NCBI GenBank assembly: GCA_036149055.1
Contig: JAYZQJ010000191.1
Span: forward strand, 1-64,000
Source: Myxococcota bacterium
GTDB lineage: Bacteria; Myxococcota_A; Polyangia; Polyangiales; Sandaracinaceae
Reading direction: 5' to 3'
DNA length: 64,000 nt
Shown here: positions 1 through 10,086 of the stretch, one piece after another
How the letters are laid out: each line of letters begins with the position of its first letter
Numbering within the stretch: the first letter of the stretch is position 1
The notes under the pieces: model-generated
Database searches by the model: none
What the model was told of the DNA's origin: nothing
The model's input: the letters and a program-made list of their open reading frames with translations, nothing else
Translations under genes and position numbers: made by a program

Positions 1-2333
1 CGGACATGCTGAGCCCGTCGATGGAGCTCGAGGCGGACCTCGGGGTGGACTCGATCAAGCGGGTGGAGATCCTGGCGGCGCTGCGCGAGCGTGCGCCGGA
101 GCTGCCGGAGCTGGACCCGGCGATGCTGGGCAAGCTGCGCACCCTGGCCGAGATCACCGAGGTCCTGCAGGGCTCGGACGCCGCCCCCGCCGCTGCCACT
201 GCCACTGCGGCCGCGGCAGGCGTCGCGAGCGCCGGCGAGGCGAAGGTGAAGGCCGAGGCCCCCGCGCGCTTCGTCGTGCGCTGGGTCGACGCCCCGCTCC
301 CCGGGCTCGCCGCGCGCAGCGTGTTCGACGGGCCGATCGGCGTGTACGGCGCGCCCGCGCTGGCCGACGCGCTCCGGCGCCGAGGGCTCGAGGCGCGGGT
401 GGACGCCCCCGGTCGCGCGGCGGTGATCGTGTCGAGCGACGCGGCCGAGACCTTCCGCTTCGCCCGGGAGCACGCGCCCGGCAGCGCCGCGCTCTACTTC
501 GTGCAGCCGGTGGACGCCGGCGCGGCCGGGCTGGCGCGGACCGTCCGGCTCGAGCACCCGGCGCTGACCGCGCGGGCCATCGTCGGCACCGACGACCTCG
601 AGCGCGTCGCCGACGAGATCGCCTTCGGCGGCGTGACCAGCGAGGTGCGCCTCGACGGGGGCCGCCGGGTCCCGCGGGTGACGCGCGCCGAGTCGGTGAC
701 GCCCGCCGCCCGGGTCGAGCCGCCGGTGGTCGTGGCGTCCGGGGGCGCGCGAGGCGTCACCGCGGCTTGCCTCGTCGCGCTCGCGAAGGAGGTCGGCGGC
801 CGCTACCTGCTGCTCGGCCGCACCGCGCTGTCCGAGGAGGGCGAGGTGACGCGCGGCGTCGCCGACGACGCGCTCGAGGCGGCGCTGCTCGAGGACGCGC
901 GCGGCCGCGGCGAGGCGCTCAGCCCGCGCGCGCTCCGCGGCGAGGCGCGGCGGGTGCGGGCTGGCCGCGAGGTGCGGGCGACCCTGGCCGCGCTGCGCGA
1001 GGCCGGCGCCGAGGCGCGCTACGCCGCGGTCGACGTCGGAGACGAGGCCGCGGTCCGCGCCGCGCTCGACGAGGCCCGCGGGGCGTTCGGCCCCTTCACC
1101 ATGCTCGTGCACGGCGCGGGCGTGCTCGCCGACAAGCACCTCGTCGACAAGACCGACGAGGACTTCGCGCGGGTCTACGGCACCAAGGCGGACGGCGCGC
1201 GCGCGCTCACCGACGCCCTCGCCGGCGACCCGCTCTCGAGCCTGCTCTTCTTCGGCTCGGTGGCGGCGCGCTTCGGCAACGTCGGCCAGAGCGACTACGC
1301 GATGGCGAACGCCGCGCTCGACGCGCTCGCGCTCGCCGAGAAGGCGAAGCGCCCGGACGCCCGGGTCCGCTCGATCGCGTGGGGCCCCTGGGCCGGGGGC
1401 ATGGTCACCCCGGAGCTCGCCGCGCACTTCGCCGCGCAGGGCGTCTCGCTCATCGACCTCGACGAGGGCGCCCGCGCCTTCGCCCGCGAGGCGCTCTCCG
1501 ACCCGGCCGAGGCGCCGCTGGTAGTGCTCGGCGCGCCGCTCGCCCGCGGTGAGGATCGGCAGGCCCGCTTCGCCTTCCGGATCTCGCGCGACTCGCACCC
1601 CGAGCTCGCCGATCACACGGTCAAGGACGTCCCAGTGCTCCCGGTCGCGCTCGTGCTCGAGCACCTCGCCCGCGCGGCGAGGGCGCTCCGGCCCGACCTC
1701 GCGATGGCGCGCTGCCGCGAGGTGAAGGTCCTGCGCGGCGTGCCGCTGACCCGCTTCGACGAGGGGCAGGTCTTCGAGATCGGGCTGTCGCTGCTCTCGA
1801 ACGGGCACGGCGCCACCTACGCGGCCGAGCTGGCGAGCGCCGACGGGCTGCACTACCGGGCGCAGCTCGACCTGCTGCCCGAGCTCCCCGCCGGCGCCGC
1901 GCCGCGCCCCGCGCCCGCCGACATGAGCGCGCGCCCCGGCCCGCTCTACGGCGGCTGCCTCTTCCACGGCGAGCGCTTCCAGGTCATCCGCGCCCTCGAC
2001 GGCATCGGCGAGGCCGGCGCGGCCGGCACGCTCGTCGGCATGCCCGCGGTGGGCTGGCGCGGCGACGGCTGGCAGGTCGACCCCGCGCTCCTCGACGGCG
2101 GCCTCCAGCTCGCCGTGCTCTGGTCGGAGCGCCGCCTCGGCGGAGACACGCTCCCGACCGGCCTCGACGCCCTGCACGTGTACCGCCCCGGCCCGATCGA
2201 CGGCGAGGTCCGCGCGCTCGTGCACGGCCAGGACGCGGCGAGCGGCCGCGCGCGCTGCGACGTCACCTTCGTCGACGCCGACGGCGAGCCGCTCGCCGAG
2301 CTCCGAGGCGTCGAGACCCATCTCTGGCGATGA
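1..2333 (+). CDS. pfa2: PUFA synthase Pfa2/PfaA-type, C-terminal part (last ACP, KR, PKS-type DH); 5' end lies outside the window
   Basis: ACP motif LEADLGVDSIKRVEIL; KR motifs SGGARGVT, HGAGVLAD, GNVGQSDYAMAN, WGPWAGGM; DH motifs LADHTVKDVPVLP and DPALLDGGLQ; directly upstream of pfa3. Confidence 0.9.
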   Translation, partial: DMLSPSMELEADLGVDSIKRVEILAALRERAPELPELDPAMLGKLRTLAEITEVLQGSDAAPAAATATAAAAGVASAGEAKVKAEAPARFVVRWVDAPLPGLAARSVFDGPIGVYGAPALADALRRRGLEARVDAPGRAAVIVSSDAAETFRFAREHAPGSAALYFVQPVDAGAAGLARTVRLEHPALTARAIVGTDDLERVADEIAFGGVTSEVRLDGGRRVPRVTRAESVTPAARVEPPVVVASGGARGVTAACLVALAKEVGGRYLLLGRTALSEEGEVTRGVADDALEAALLEDARGRGEALSPRALRGEARRVRAGREVRATLAALREAGAEARYAAVDVGDEAAVRAALDEARGAFGPFTMLVHGAGVLADKHLVDKTDEDFARVYGTKADGARALTDALAGDPLSSLLFFGSVAARFGNVGQSDYAMANAALDALALAEKAKRPDARVRSIAWGPWAGGMVTPELAAHFAAQGVSLIDLDEGARAFAREALSDPAEAPLVVLGAPLARGEDRQARFAFRISRDSHPELADHTVKDVPVLPVALVLEHLARAARALRPDLAMARCREVKVLRGVPLTRFDEGQVFEIGLSLLSNGHGATYAAELASADGLHYRAQLDLLPELPAGAAPRPAPADMSARPGPLYGGCLFHGERFQVIRALDGIGEAGAAGTLVGMPAVGWRGDGWQVDPALLDGGLQLAVLWSERRLGGDTLPTGLDALHVYRPGPIDGEVRALVHGQDAASGRARCDVTFVDADGEPLAELRGVETHLWR

Positions 2334-2397
2334 GCCGACGCGCGCGTCGGCTCCCCGTGCCCTTGCCCATGCCCGCTTCGCACATTCGAGAGCTGCG

Positions 2398-5300
2398 ATG
2401 AGCTTCGACCCCATCGCGATCGTCGGCCGCGGCTGCGTGCTGCCCGGCGCGAGCGCGCCCGCCGCGCTCTGGGACCTCGTCGCCGCGGGGCGAGACGCGC
2501 TCGGCTCCGTGCCCGAGGGGCGCTGGCGGGTAAACCCGGCGCGCATCCTCACCTCGGATCCGCGCCAGAGCGCCGACCGCGCCTGGTCCGATCGCGGCGG
2601 CTACGTGCGCGACTTCCCCGCCGAGGACCGCGACCCCGTGTTCGCCTGGCCGCTCGCGGCGGGGCGGCAGGCGTTCGCCGAGGCGGGGCTCGAGCCGGGT
2701 CGCAGGGGCGGCGTCGTCCTCGGCAACCTGTCTTTCCCCAGCGTGTCCCACGCGCGCTACGCGGAGAACCTCTGGCTCGGCCGCCCCCAGGACGTCGACC
2801 CCCGGGAGCGCTTCCACTCCAGCCAGCCCGCGGTCGAGCTCGCCCGGTCGCTCCAGCTCGCCGGCGCGCCCAGCTTCTGCCTCGACGCGGCCTGCGCCTC
2901 GAGCCTCTACGCCATCCGCCTCGCCTGCGAGGCGCTCCACGACGGCGCGGCCGACGTCATGCTCGCGGGCGCCGTCAACTGCAGCGACGACCTGTTCATC
3001 CACGTCGGCTTCTGCGCCCTCGACGCGCTCAGCAAGACGGGCCGCAGCCGCCCCTTCCACCCCGAGGCCGACGGGCTCGTGCCGGGCGAGGGCGCGGCGG
3101 TGGTGGCGCTCATGCGCCTCGAGGACGCGCGCGCCGAGGGGCGGCCGGTGCTCGGCGTGATCCGCGGCGTCGGCCTCGCGAACGACGGCCGGGCTCGCGG
3201 CTTCCTCGCGCCCTCCGAGGAGGGGCAGGTCCGGGCGATGCGCGCCGCCTACGCGCAGGCGGGGCTCTCGCCCGCCGACATCGCGTGGATCGAGTGTCAC
3301 GCCACGGGCACCCCGGTCGGCGACGCGGCCGAGATCCGGAGCACGAGCCAGGTCTTCGCGGGCGCCGGCGAGGTGCCGATCGGATCGCTCAAGGCGAACC
3401 TCGGCCACCTCATCACCGCCGCCGGCGCGGCCGGGCTGCTCAAGGTGCTCGGCGCGTTCGAGCACGGCCTGCGCCCGCCGACCCCGCACCTCGACCGGGT
3501 GACCGACGCGCTCGCCGACGCGCCCCTCCGGGTGGTGCGCGAGCCCGAGCCGTGGACCGGCCCGCGCCGGGCGGCGATCAGCGCCTTCGGCTTCGGCGGC
3601 AACGACGCCCACCTGATCGTCGAGGCCGAGGCTCCGCCAACGCGTCGGGCAACCGAGCGTCGGCCGACGGAGCGTGCGCCGATCGCCGTCGTCGGGGTCG
3701 GGGCGCGGGTCGGCACGTTGGAGTCGGCCGAGGCGCTTCGGGACGCGCTCGCGACCGGCCGCGGGAGCCGCCGCGCCGACCGCGTCCGCCTGCCGCTCGA
3801 GGGCCTCAAGAGCCCGCCCGCCGATCTCGAGGCGGCGCTCGCCCAGCAGACGATGATCCTCGCGGCGGCGCTCGACGCCGTGCCCGCCGACCTCGATCGC
3901 GAGCGCACCGGCGTGCTCGTCGGCATGCAGTGCGACAGCGAGATCGCCCGCTACGGGGCGCGCTGGCGCGAGGGCGAGGCCCGCTTCGCGCCGGTGCTGA
4001 AGTCGGCCGGCGTGCTCGGCACGATGCCCAACATCCCGGCGAACCGCCTCAACGCGCAGCTCGACGTGCGCGGGCCCAGCTACACGGTGAGCGCCGACGC
4101 GCTCAGCGGGATCCGGGCGCTCGAGATCGCGGCGCGCGCGCTCCGGGCCGGCGAGCTCGAGACGGCGATCGTCGGCGCGGTCGAGCTCTCGGTCGAGCCG
4201 GTGCACGCCTCCGCCGCCGCGGCCGTGGGCGTCGAGGATCCGCCCGGCGACGCCGCCGTGGTGCTCGTGCTCGAGCGCCTCGACGTGGCCCGCGAGAAGG
4301 GGCGCCCGATCCTCTCGGTGATCGACGACGAGCCCCGCGAGCGGGTCGGCGCGCGCCTCGGCCGCCAGCTCGGTCACGCCCACGCGGCCCGCGGCCTGCT
4401 CGAGCTCACCGCGCTCGCGCTCGAGGGCCGGGCGGCGACGCTGCACCTCGAGAGCCTCGGCGGCGAGCGCGCGCGCGTGTCGCTGCGGCCCGACCCCGAG
4501 AGCGACGACCCGCCGCTGGTCGCGCCGCCGTCCCGCCGTCACCTCGAGCTGCCCGCGCACCCGCCGAGCCTGCTCGAGCCGCCCTCGACGCTCCCCCGCG
4601 CGCCCTCCCTGCCGGCCGCCGATCCGCGCTGGGTCGATGTCCCGCAGGCGGACACGCTGACGACCCGGCTCGAGCCGCCCGCGCCCGCCGCCGCCCCCGT
4701 CGCGCCGCCTGCGGCCCAGGTGAGCGGGGATCATCCGCTGCTCGCCCAGCTCCAGGCGCACCAGGCGCAGCTCGCGGCGACCCACGCGGAGTTCCTCGCC
4801 ACCCAGCAGCGCCTGCACGAGGAGTTCCTCGCCTCCCGAGCGCGCGCGTTCCAGGCCCTGCTCGGCGGGGCCGTGGTCATGCCTCCGAGCGCCGCGCCGC
4901 CGCGCTCCGCGCCCACGCCGCCTCCGGCCGCGCCGCCTCCGACCGCGCCGCCGCCTCCGACCGCGACTGTCAGCGCGCCGCCGACTCCGAGCGCGACTCC
5001 GCCGACGCCGCCGACTCCGCCGACTCCGCCCACGCCGGCGCCGCCGTCGCGCGAGCCTTCCCGCGGGCTCGCGCCGGCCACCCCGCCGCCCGCGCCGGAG
5101 GGGCCGACCTTCGACAAGGCGGCGCTCGAGATCCACGCCGGCGGCCGCATCAGCGAGATCTTCGGTGAGCGCTTCGCGCCGCAGGACGGCTACCGGGTGC
5201 AGTGCCGGATGCCGAAGGCGCCGCTCCTGATGGCCGACCGGGTCACCGGGCTGGTGGGGGAGCCGGCGAGCCAGGGCAAGGGCACCGTCTGGACCGAGAC

Positions 5301-8196
5301 CGACGTCACCGCCGACGCCTGGTACCTCGACAACGGGCGCATGCCGCCCGGGCTGATGATCGAGAGCGGCCAGGCGGACCTCTTCCTCATCAGCTGGCTC
5401 GGCGCCGACCTGCTCAACCGGGGCGAGCGCGCCTACCGCCTGCTCGGGTGCAAGCTCACCTGGCACCGCTCGCCGCCGAAGGTCGGAGAGACGCTCTCCT
5501 ACGACATCCACATCGACGGCCACGCCAAGCAAGGCGACGTGCGCCTCTTCTTCTTTCACTACGACTGCCACGTCGGCGGCGAGCCCGCGCTCACCGTGCG
5601 GAGCGGGCAGGCCGGCTTCTTCACCGAGGCCGAGCTCGCCGAGTCGGCCGGCGTGATCTGGTCGCCCGAGGAGCAGGAGATCGAGCCGGACGCCCGCCTC
5701 GATCCGCCGGCCGTCGAGTGCGCCCGCGATTCCTTCGACGACGCGGCGCTCGAGGCCCTGAGCCGCGGCGACGTCGTCGGCTGCTTCGGCGCCGGGTTCG
5801 AGGCCACCCGCTACCACGTCCGCACCCCGAGCATCGCCGCCGGCTACAAGCGGTTCCTCGGGCGGGTCGACGCGTGGGCGCCGCGCGGCGGGCCCTGGGG
5901 CCGCGGCTACCTGAAGGCGACCACCCGCATCGCGCCCGACGACTGGTTCTTCGAGGGGCACTTCCACGAGGACCCGTGCATGCCCGGCACCCTCATGCTC
6001 GAGGGCTGCCTCCAGGCGATGGCCTTCCACCTGATCGGGCTCGGCTACTCGCTCGACCGGGACGGCTGGCGCTTCGAGCCCATCCCTGACGAGACCTACC
6101 AGATGATCTGCCGCGGTCAGGTCACGCCGACCTCGAAGGAGCTCGTCTACGAGGTCTTCGTCGAGGAGCTGCACGACGGCCCGGAGCCCAAGCTCTACGC
6201 CGACCTGCTCTGCACCGTCGACGGCCTCAAGGCCTTCCACGCGCGGCGCTTCGGGCTGCAGCTCGTGCCCGACTTCCCGGTCAGCAGCCTCACGCTCCCG
6301 AGCGACGACCGCCCCGCCGCGACCCTCGACGGAGTCGTGCTCGACCGCGCCGCGATGCTCTGCTCGGCGTGGGGCCCTCCGTCCGCCGCCTTCGGCCCGC
6401 GCTACGCCGCGTACGACGGCGTCCGGCGCCCGCCGCGGCTCCCCGGCCCGCCCTATCACTTCGTCAGCCGGGTCACCCGCTTCGAAGGCGAGGCGTGGAC
6501 CAAGAAGCCCGGCCCCTCGGTCGAGGTCGAGTACGACGTCCCGCCCGACGCCTGGTACTTCGAGGGCGGGCGCAGCATGCCGTACGCGGTGCTGCTCGAG
6601 GTCGCGCTCCAGCCCTGCGGTTGGCTGGCCACCGCGAGCGGCTGCGCGCTCGGGCGCGAGGTCGACGTCCGCTTCCGCAACCTGGACGGGGAGGGCGAGG
6701 CCCTCGCCGAGGTCCTCCCGAGCGCGGAGCGCCTGACGACCACGGCCACGCTGACCTCGGTGAGCGACACCGCCGCGATGTCGATCGTCTCCTTCGACGT
6801 CGTCACCCGCGCGGGCGACACCGAGGTGCTGCGCCTGAAGACGGTCTTCGGCTTCTTCCCGGAGGCCGCCTTCGAGGCGCAGGCCGGCTTGCCCATCGGC
6901 GACACGCATCGCCGCCTGTTCGAGGCCACCGGCGGCGCGCCCACCCACCCGCTGCCCGGCCGCGGCCGGCTGGAGCTGCTCTCCGAGGTGCCTTACCTCG
7001 ACGTCTCCGGCCTCGGCGAGGCGCGGGCCGAGCGCCCGGTCGATCCGGGCGACTGGTTCTTCCGCGCGCACTTCTTCCAGGACCCGGTCCAGCCCGGCTC
7101 GCTCGGCCTCGAGGCGATGCACCAGCTCCTGCGCCTGGTGGCGGCCGAGAAGGGCCTGACCGACGGCATGGTCGCGCCCGACTTCAGCCCGCTCGACGGC
7201 CCGCACCGCTGGAAGTACCGCGGCCAGGTCCGCCCCACCGCGGAGCGCGTCGCCGTCACCCTCGCGACGACGAAGATCGAAGGCCGCCGCATCGAGGCCG
7301 ACGCCTCCTTCTGGGTCGACGGCAAGCGCATCTACGAGGCGACGCTGGGCACGACCGCGATCGACGCCGCCTCGCGCGAGGGCGTGCGCGCCTTGTGGCG
7401 CCGCTTCCTCGGCGTGGGCGAGTGGCTCGGCGAGGACGTCTACCTCGGCCTCTTCGATCGCTTCGTCGGCGAGGTCCACGTCGCCGACGTCCGGGCCCTG
7501 CGCGGCCGGCCGGCGCTCTACGTGGCCAACCACCAGACCGCGATCGAGACCCTGATGTTCTCGCTCCTCGGTGGCGCGATCAGCGGCGTGCCGATGGTCA
7601 CCCTCGCCAAGGCCGAGCACCGCGAGAGCTGGTACGGCGAGCTGCTCGCCTGGCTCTTCGCGCACCCGGACGTGACCGAGCCGGAGCTCACCCGCTACTT
7701 CGACCGCGGCGACCCGGCGGCGCTCCCCGCGCTCCTCGAGAGCGTGCCCATCGATCGCTCGATCTTCCTGCACGGCGAGGGCACCCGCGCGACGTCGGCC
7801 GGCCAGCCCCTCGGCCCGATGAGCGGCGTGCCCCTCGACCTCGCGATCGCCCGCGGCCTGCCGGTCGTCCCCGTCCGCTTCACCGGCGGCCTCCCGCGCG
7901 AGGGCGAGCTCAAGCGCGACTTCCCGGTGGGCATGGCGCGCCAAGACGTCTTCCTCGGCGCGCCGATCGAGGCGGCGGCCCTCGCCGCGCTCCCCTACAA
8001 GGAGCGCGTGTCCCGCGTCTCCGCCGCCATCGCCGCGCTCGGCCCCCGAGAGGACGCCCCGAACGCCCCCCAGCCCGAGCTCCCCGACGCCGCTCCCCGC
8101 GCCGTCCTCGCGAGCCTCGTCGACCCGGCGTCGATCCCCGACGACCCCTGGGGCCGACGCCTCCGCGCGCTCCTCAAGGGCGCGGGCGACGGGTGA
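2398..8196 (+). CDS. pfa3: PUFA synthase Pfa3 (KS, CLF, FabA-like DH domains, C-terminal AGPAT-like acyltransferase)
   Basis: KS triad DAACASS / ECHATGT / NLGHL; second KS-like domain lacks the catalytic Cys (TVSADALSG); FabA motifs FEGHFHEDPCMPG and FRAHFFQDPVQPG; acyltransferase motifs ANHQTAIE and GEGTR. Confidence 0.9.
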   Translation: MSFDPIAIVGRGCVLPGASAPAALWDLVAAGRDALGSVPEGRWRVNPARILTSDPRQSADRAWSDRGGYVRDFPAEDRDPVFAWPLAAGRQAFAEAGLEPGRRGGVVLGNLSFPSVSHARYAENLWLGRPQDVDPRERFHSSQPAVELARSLQLAGAPSFCLDAACASSLYAIRLACEALHDGAADVMLAGAVNCSDDLFIHVGFCALDALSKTGRSRPFHPEADGLVPGEGAAVVALMRLEDARAEGRPVLGVIRGVGLANDGRARGFLAPSEEGQVRAMRAAYAQAGLSPADIAWIECHATGTPVGDAAEIRSTSQVFAGAGEVPIGSLKANLGHLITAAGAAGLLKVLGAFEHGLRPPTPHLDRVTDALADAPLRVVREPEPWTGPRRAAISAFGFGGNDAHLIVEAEAPPTRRATERRPTERAPIAVVGVGARVGTLESAEALRDALATGRGSRRADRVRLPLEGLKSPPADLEAALAQQTMILAAALDAVPADLDRERTGVLVGMQCDSEIARYGARWREGEARFAPVLKSAGVLGTMPNIPANRLNAQLDVRGPSYTVSADALSGIRALEIAARALRAGELETAIVGAVELSVEPVHASAAAAVGVEDPPGDAAVVLVLERLDVAREKGRPILSVIDDEPRERVGARLGRQLGHAHAARGLLELTALALEGRAATLHLESLGGERARVSLRPDPESDDPPLVAPPSRRHLELPAHPPSLLEPPSTLPRAPSLPAADPRWVDVPQADTLTTRLEPPAPAAAPVAPPAAQVSGDHPLLAQLQAHQAQLAATHAEFLATQQRLHEEFLASRARAFQALLGGAVVMPPSAAPPRSAPTPPPAAPPPTAPPPPTATVSAPPTPSATPPTPPTPPTPPTPAPPSREPSRGLAPATPPPAPEGPTFDKAALEIHAGGRISEIFGERFAPQDGYRVQCRMPKAPLLMADRVTGLVGEPASQGKGTVWTETDVTADAWYLDNGRMPPGLMIESGQADLFLISWLGADLLNRGERAYRLLGCKLTWHRSPPKVGETLSYDIHIDGHAKQGDVRLFFFHYDCHVGGEPALTVRSGQAGFFTEAELAESAGVIWSPEEQEIEPDARLDPPAVECARDSFDDAALEALSRGDVVGCFGAGFEATRYHVRTPSIAAGYKRFLGRVDAWAPRGGPWGRGYLKATTRIAPDDWFFEGHFHEDPCMPGTLMLEGCLQAMAFHLIGLGYSLDRDGWRFEPIPDETYQMICRGQVTPTSKELVYEVFVEELHDGPEPKLYADLLCTVDGLKAFHARRFGLQLVPDFPVSSLTLPSDDRPAATLDGVVLDRAAMLCSAWGPPSAAFGPRYAAYDGVRRPPRLPGPPYHFVSRVTRFEGEAWTKKPGPSVEVEYDVPPDAWYFEGGRSMPYAVLLEVALQPCGWLATASGCALGREVDVRFRNLDGEGEALAEVLPSAERLTTTATLTSVSDTAAMSIVSFDVVTRAGDTEVLRLKTVFGFFPEAAFEAQAGLPIGDTHRRLFEATGGAPTHPLPGRGRLELLSEVPYLDVSGLGEARAERPVDPGDWFFRAHFFQDPVQPGSLGLEAMHQLLRLVAAEKGLTDGMVAPDFSPLDGPHRWKYRGQVRPTAERVAVTLATTKIEGRRIEADASFWVDGKRIYEATLGTTAIDAASREGVRALWRRFLGVGEWLGEDVYLGLFDRFVGEVHVADVRALRGRPALYVANHQTAIETLMFSLLGGAISGVPMVTLAKAEHRESWYGELLAWLFAHPDVTEPELTRYFDRGDPAALPALLESVPIDRSIFLHGEGTRATSAGQPLGPMSGVPLDLAIARGLPVVPVRFTGGLPREGELKRDFPVGMARQDVFLGAPIEAAALAALPYKERVSRVSAAIAALGPREDAPNAPQPELPDAAPRAVLASLVDPASIPDDPWGRRLRALLKGAGDG
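4880..5100 (+). repeat. Low-complexity Pro/Thr-rich linker coding region inside pfa3
   Basis: Imperfect ccgccgact/ccgccgacg repeats encoding TPPTPPTPPTPPTP. Confidence 0.8.
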
Positions 8197-10009
8197 AGTA
8201 GAGGTCCCAGGAGCCGCTGCGGCGGTCCTGCCAGATCAACAGTTCGCCCTCGGAGACGAGGTGGCGCTGCTCGGCCGGGTGACGCGTGACGAGGATGCCC
8301 GGTCCGCCGGGCTGGCCGATGCCCACGTCCCAGTTGCCGCGCTCGAAGCTGCGGTAGCCGACATGGATCGAGCCGCGGCTCTCTACGATCTGCGCGCCCG
8401 GCCCGCTCGCCCAGGTGGTGGGCGGCTGAGGGCTCAGCACGTCGAACCAGGTGCACAAGACCTCCCAGTCCGACGTCTCCGAGGGCGCCGGACCGGTGAC
8501 CCGGGCGCCGTCGCTCCAGCAGTTGCCCGCCAGGCTGAAGACCGGCGGCGTGTCGTGGCTCAGCGGCACGTGGTTCGGTGTCGCGAACGAGTAGTAGGTG
8601 AAGGCCTCGCTCCAGTCCGTGTAGTGGATGCGAGGGGTCCCCGAGTCGTCGGACAGATAGAGCAGCGTCGGAATGCTGCTCTGCCCGTGGGTGAAGGCTC
8701 TCTGGTCGTACCCTCTCCCGCCGGGAAAGTGGATGGGAGACGTCGAGGCGCCGGTGGCGCGCGCGATGTGTGCGCCGTGGACCATCAGGTCCCAGTCGCC
8801 TCCTCGTCGCTCGCTCCAGAAGACGTGGCCGCCGCGTGCGGTGGGGTCGTCGCTCTCCCCGCTCCCCAGCTCCATCTCGGCGCCGGTCGCGAGGTCGTAG
8901 CGATAGACGCGCCGCGCCGCGCCGACGCCCCGCGCGTAGGCCACGAGGTCGCCCCCGATCGACGGCTCCCCCTCGTCCTCCGGCGTGTCGGTGAGGCGCG
9001 TCGTCGTCCCCGCCGCCAGGTCGTGCACGAAGACGTCGAAGTTGCCGTGCTCGTTCGAGAGGAAGGCGACGCGATCGCCCGAGACGGCGGGGGCGACGAG
9101 ATCCCACGAAGCGGTGAGCAGGGGCTGGCCGTCGACGCAGGCCTCGTCGACCCGGCCGTCGCAGTCGTTGTCGAGGCCGTCGCAGGCGAGCGCGTCGGTC
9201 TCGGCCGGCGCGTAGTCCGGGCCCCACTCCTCCGCCCCGCACGGCCCGAAGGCGCCGTCGGTGCAGCTCCGAGTGGCGGCCCCGCAGACCCCGACGCCAC
9301 CGCAGCGCGGCCCCGACAGGTCCTCGTCGACGTCGCCGTCGCAGTCGTCGTCGACGCCGTCGCAGCGCTCGGCCGCGGGCCCGGTCGACCCCTCGCACGC
9401 GCCCCACGCCCCGTCCACGCAGCGCTGAGACCCGGGCGCGCACGCGCCGACGTCGGTGCCGCAGGGCCGCGCCTCACCGTCGACGCAGGCGCAGCCCTCG
9501 TCGGTCGCCCCGTCGCAGTCGTTGTCGAGCGCGTCACACCGCGCCTCGGTCGCTTCGTAGGCGGGCCCGCCCACGCACTCGAGCCGCCCGTCCACGCACT
9601 CCGCGACCGCGCCGGCGCACACCCCGACCGCGGGCTCGCAGGCGGCCCTCGGGACCGCCTCGTCGACCCGCCCGTCGCAGTCCTCGTCGCGCCCGTCGCA
9701 GGTCTCGTCGGCCGGGGCGACGCCGCCCTCGCAGTCACCCCAGCGCCCGTCGGCGCCGCAGCGCTGCGTCCCCGGGCGACAGGTGCCCTCGTTCGAGCCG
9801 CACCGGCGCTCCGCCCCGGCCGCGCACTCGCAGCCTTCGTCCACCCGGCCGTCGCAGTCGTCGTCGAGGCCGTCGCACCGCGGCTCTTCGGGCTGGGGGT
9901 CCGGGCAGGCGTCCTGCGTCGACGAGGCGTCGGGGCCAGGATCGTCGATGTCGGGGGCGTTGCACGCGCCGAGCGCCATGCCGATGGCGAGGAGCGAGAA
10001 GGTGCGCAT
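8174..10009 (-). CDS. Lipoprotein with CDGxDxDCDGxxDE Cys/Asp repeats and a C-terminal TolB-like beta-propeller (paralog 1)
   Basis: Lipobox MRTFSLLAIGMALGAC; five CDGxDxDCDGxxDE repeats; propeller motifs GNFDVFVHDL, GDWDLMV, GSWDLYF. Confidence 0.8.
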   Translation of the reverse strand: MRTFSLLAIGMALGACNAPDIDDPGPDASSTQDACPDPQPEEPRCDGLDDDCDGRVDEGCECAAGAERRCGSNEGTCRPGTQRCGADGRWGDCEGGVAPADETCDGRDEDCDGRVDEAVPRAACEPAVGVCAGAVAECVDGRLECVGGPAYEATEARCDALDNDCDGATDEGCACVDGEARPCGTDVGACAPGSQRCVDGAWGACEGSTGPAAERCDGVDDDCDGDVDEDLSGPRCGGVGVCGAATRSCTDGAFGPCGAEEWGPDYAPAETDALACDGLDNDCDGRVDEACVDGQPLLTASWDLVAPAVSGDRVAFLSNEHGNFDVFVHDLAAGTTTRLTDTPEDEGEPSIGGDLVAYARGVGAARRVYRYDLATGAEMELGSGESDDPTARGGHVFWSERRGGDWDLMVHGAHIARATGASTSPIHFPGGRGYDQRAFTHGQSSIPTLLYLSDDSGTPRIHYTDWSEAFTYYSFATPNHVPLSHDTPPVFSLAGNCWSDGARVTGPAPSETSDWEVLCTWFDVLSPQPPTTWASGPGAQIVESRGSIHVGYRSFERGNWDVGIGQPGGPGILVTRHPAEQRHLVSEGELLIWQDRRSGSWDLYFTRRPRP

Positions 10010-10022
10010 GGCGGTGGCCTGC

Positions 10023-10037
10023 GCAACTCGTGTGCCG
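10023..10037 (-). promoter_or_regulatory. Putative sigma-54 -24/-12 promoter
   Basis: CGGCAC-ACGAG-TTGC on the minus strand (GG-N10-GC), 13 nt before the ATG at 10009. Confidence 0.6.
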
Positions 10038-10086
10038 CGCTCGAGCGGAAGTCGGGACTGAAGGGAGGGGGGCTGCATCATTCTCC

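Noticed and set aside
2263..7944. 1893-aa minus-strand ORF and similar giant antisense ORFs (13832-18859, 18904-22320, 22344-25586, 29725-34398)
   Set aside because: Shadow ORFs opposite well-supported genes; stop codons are rare at this GC content and the translations have no motifs
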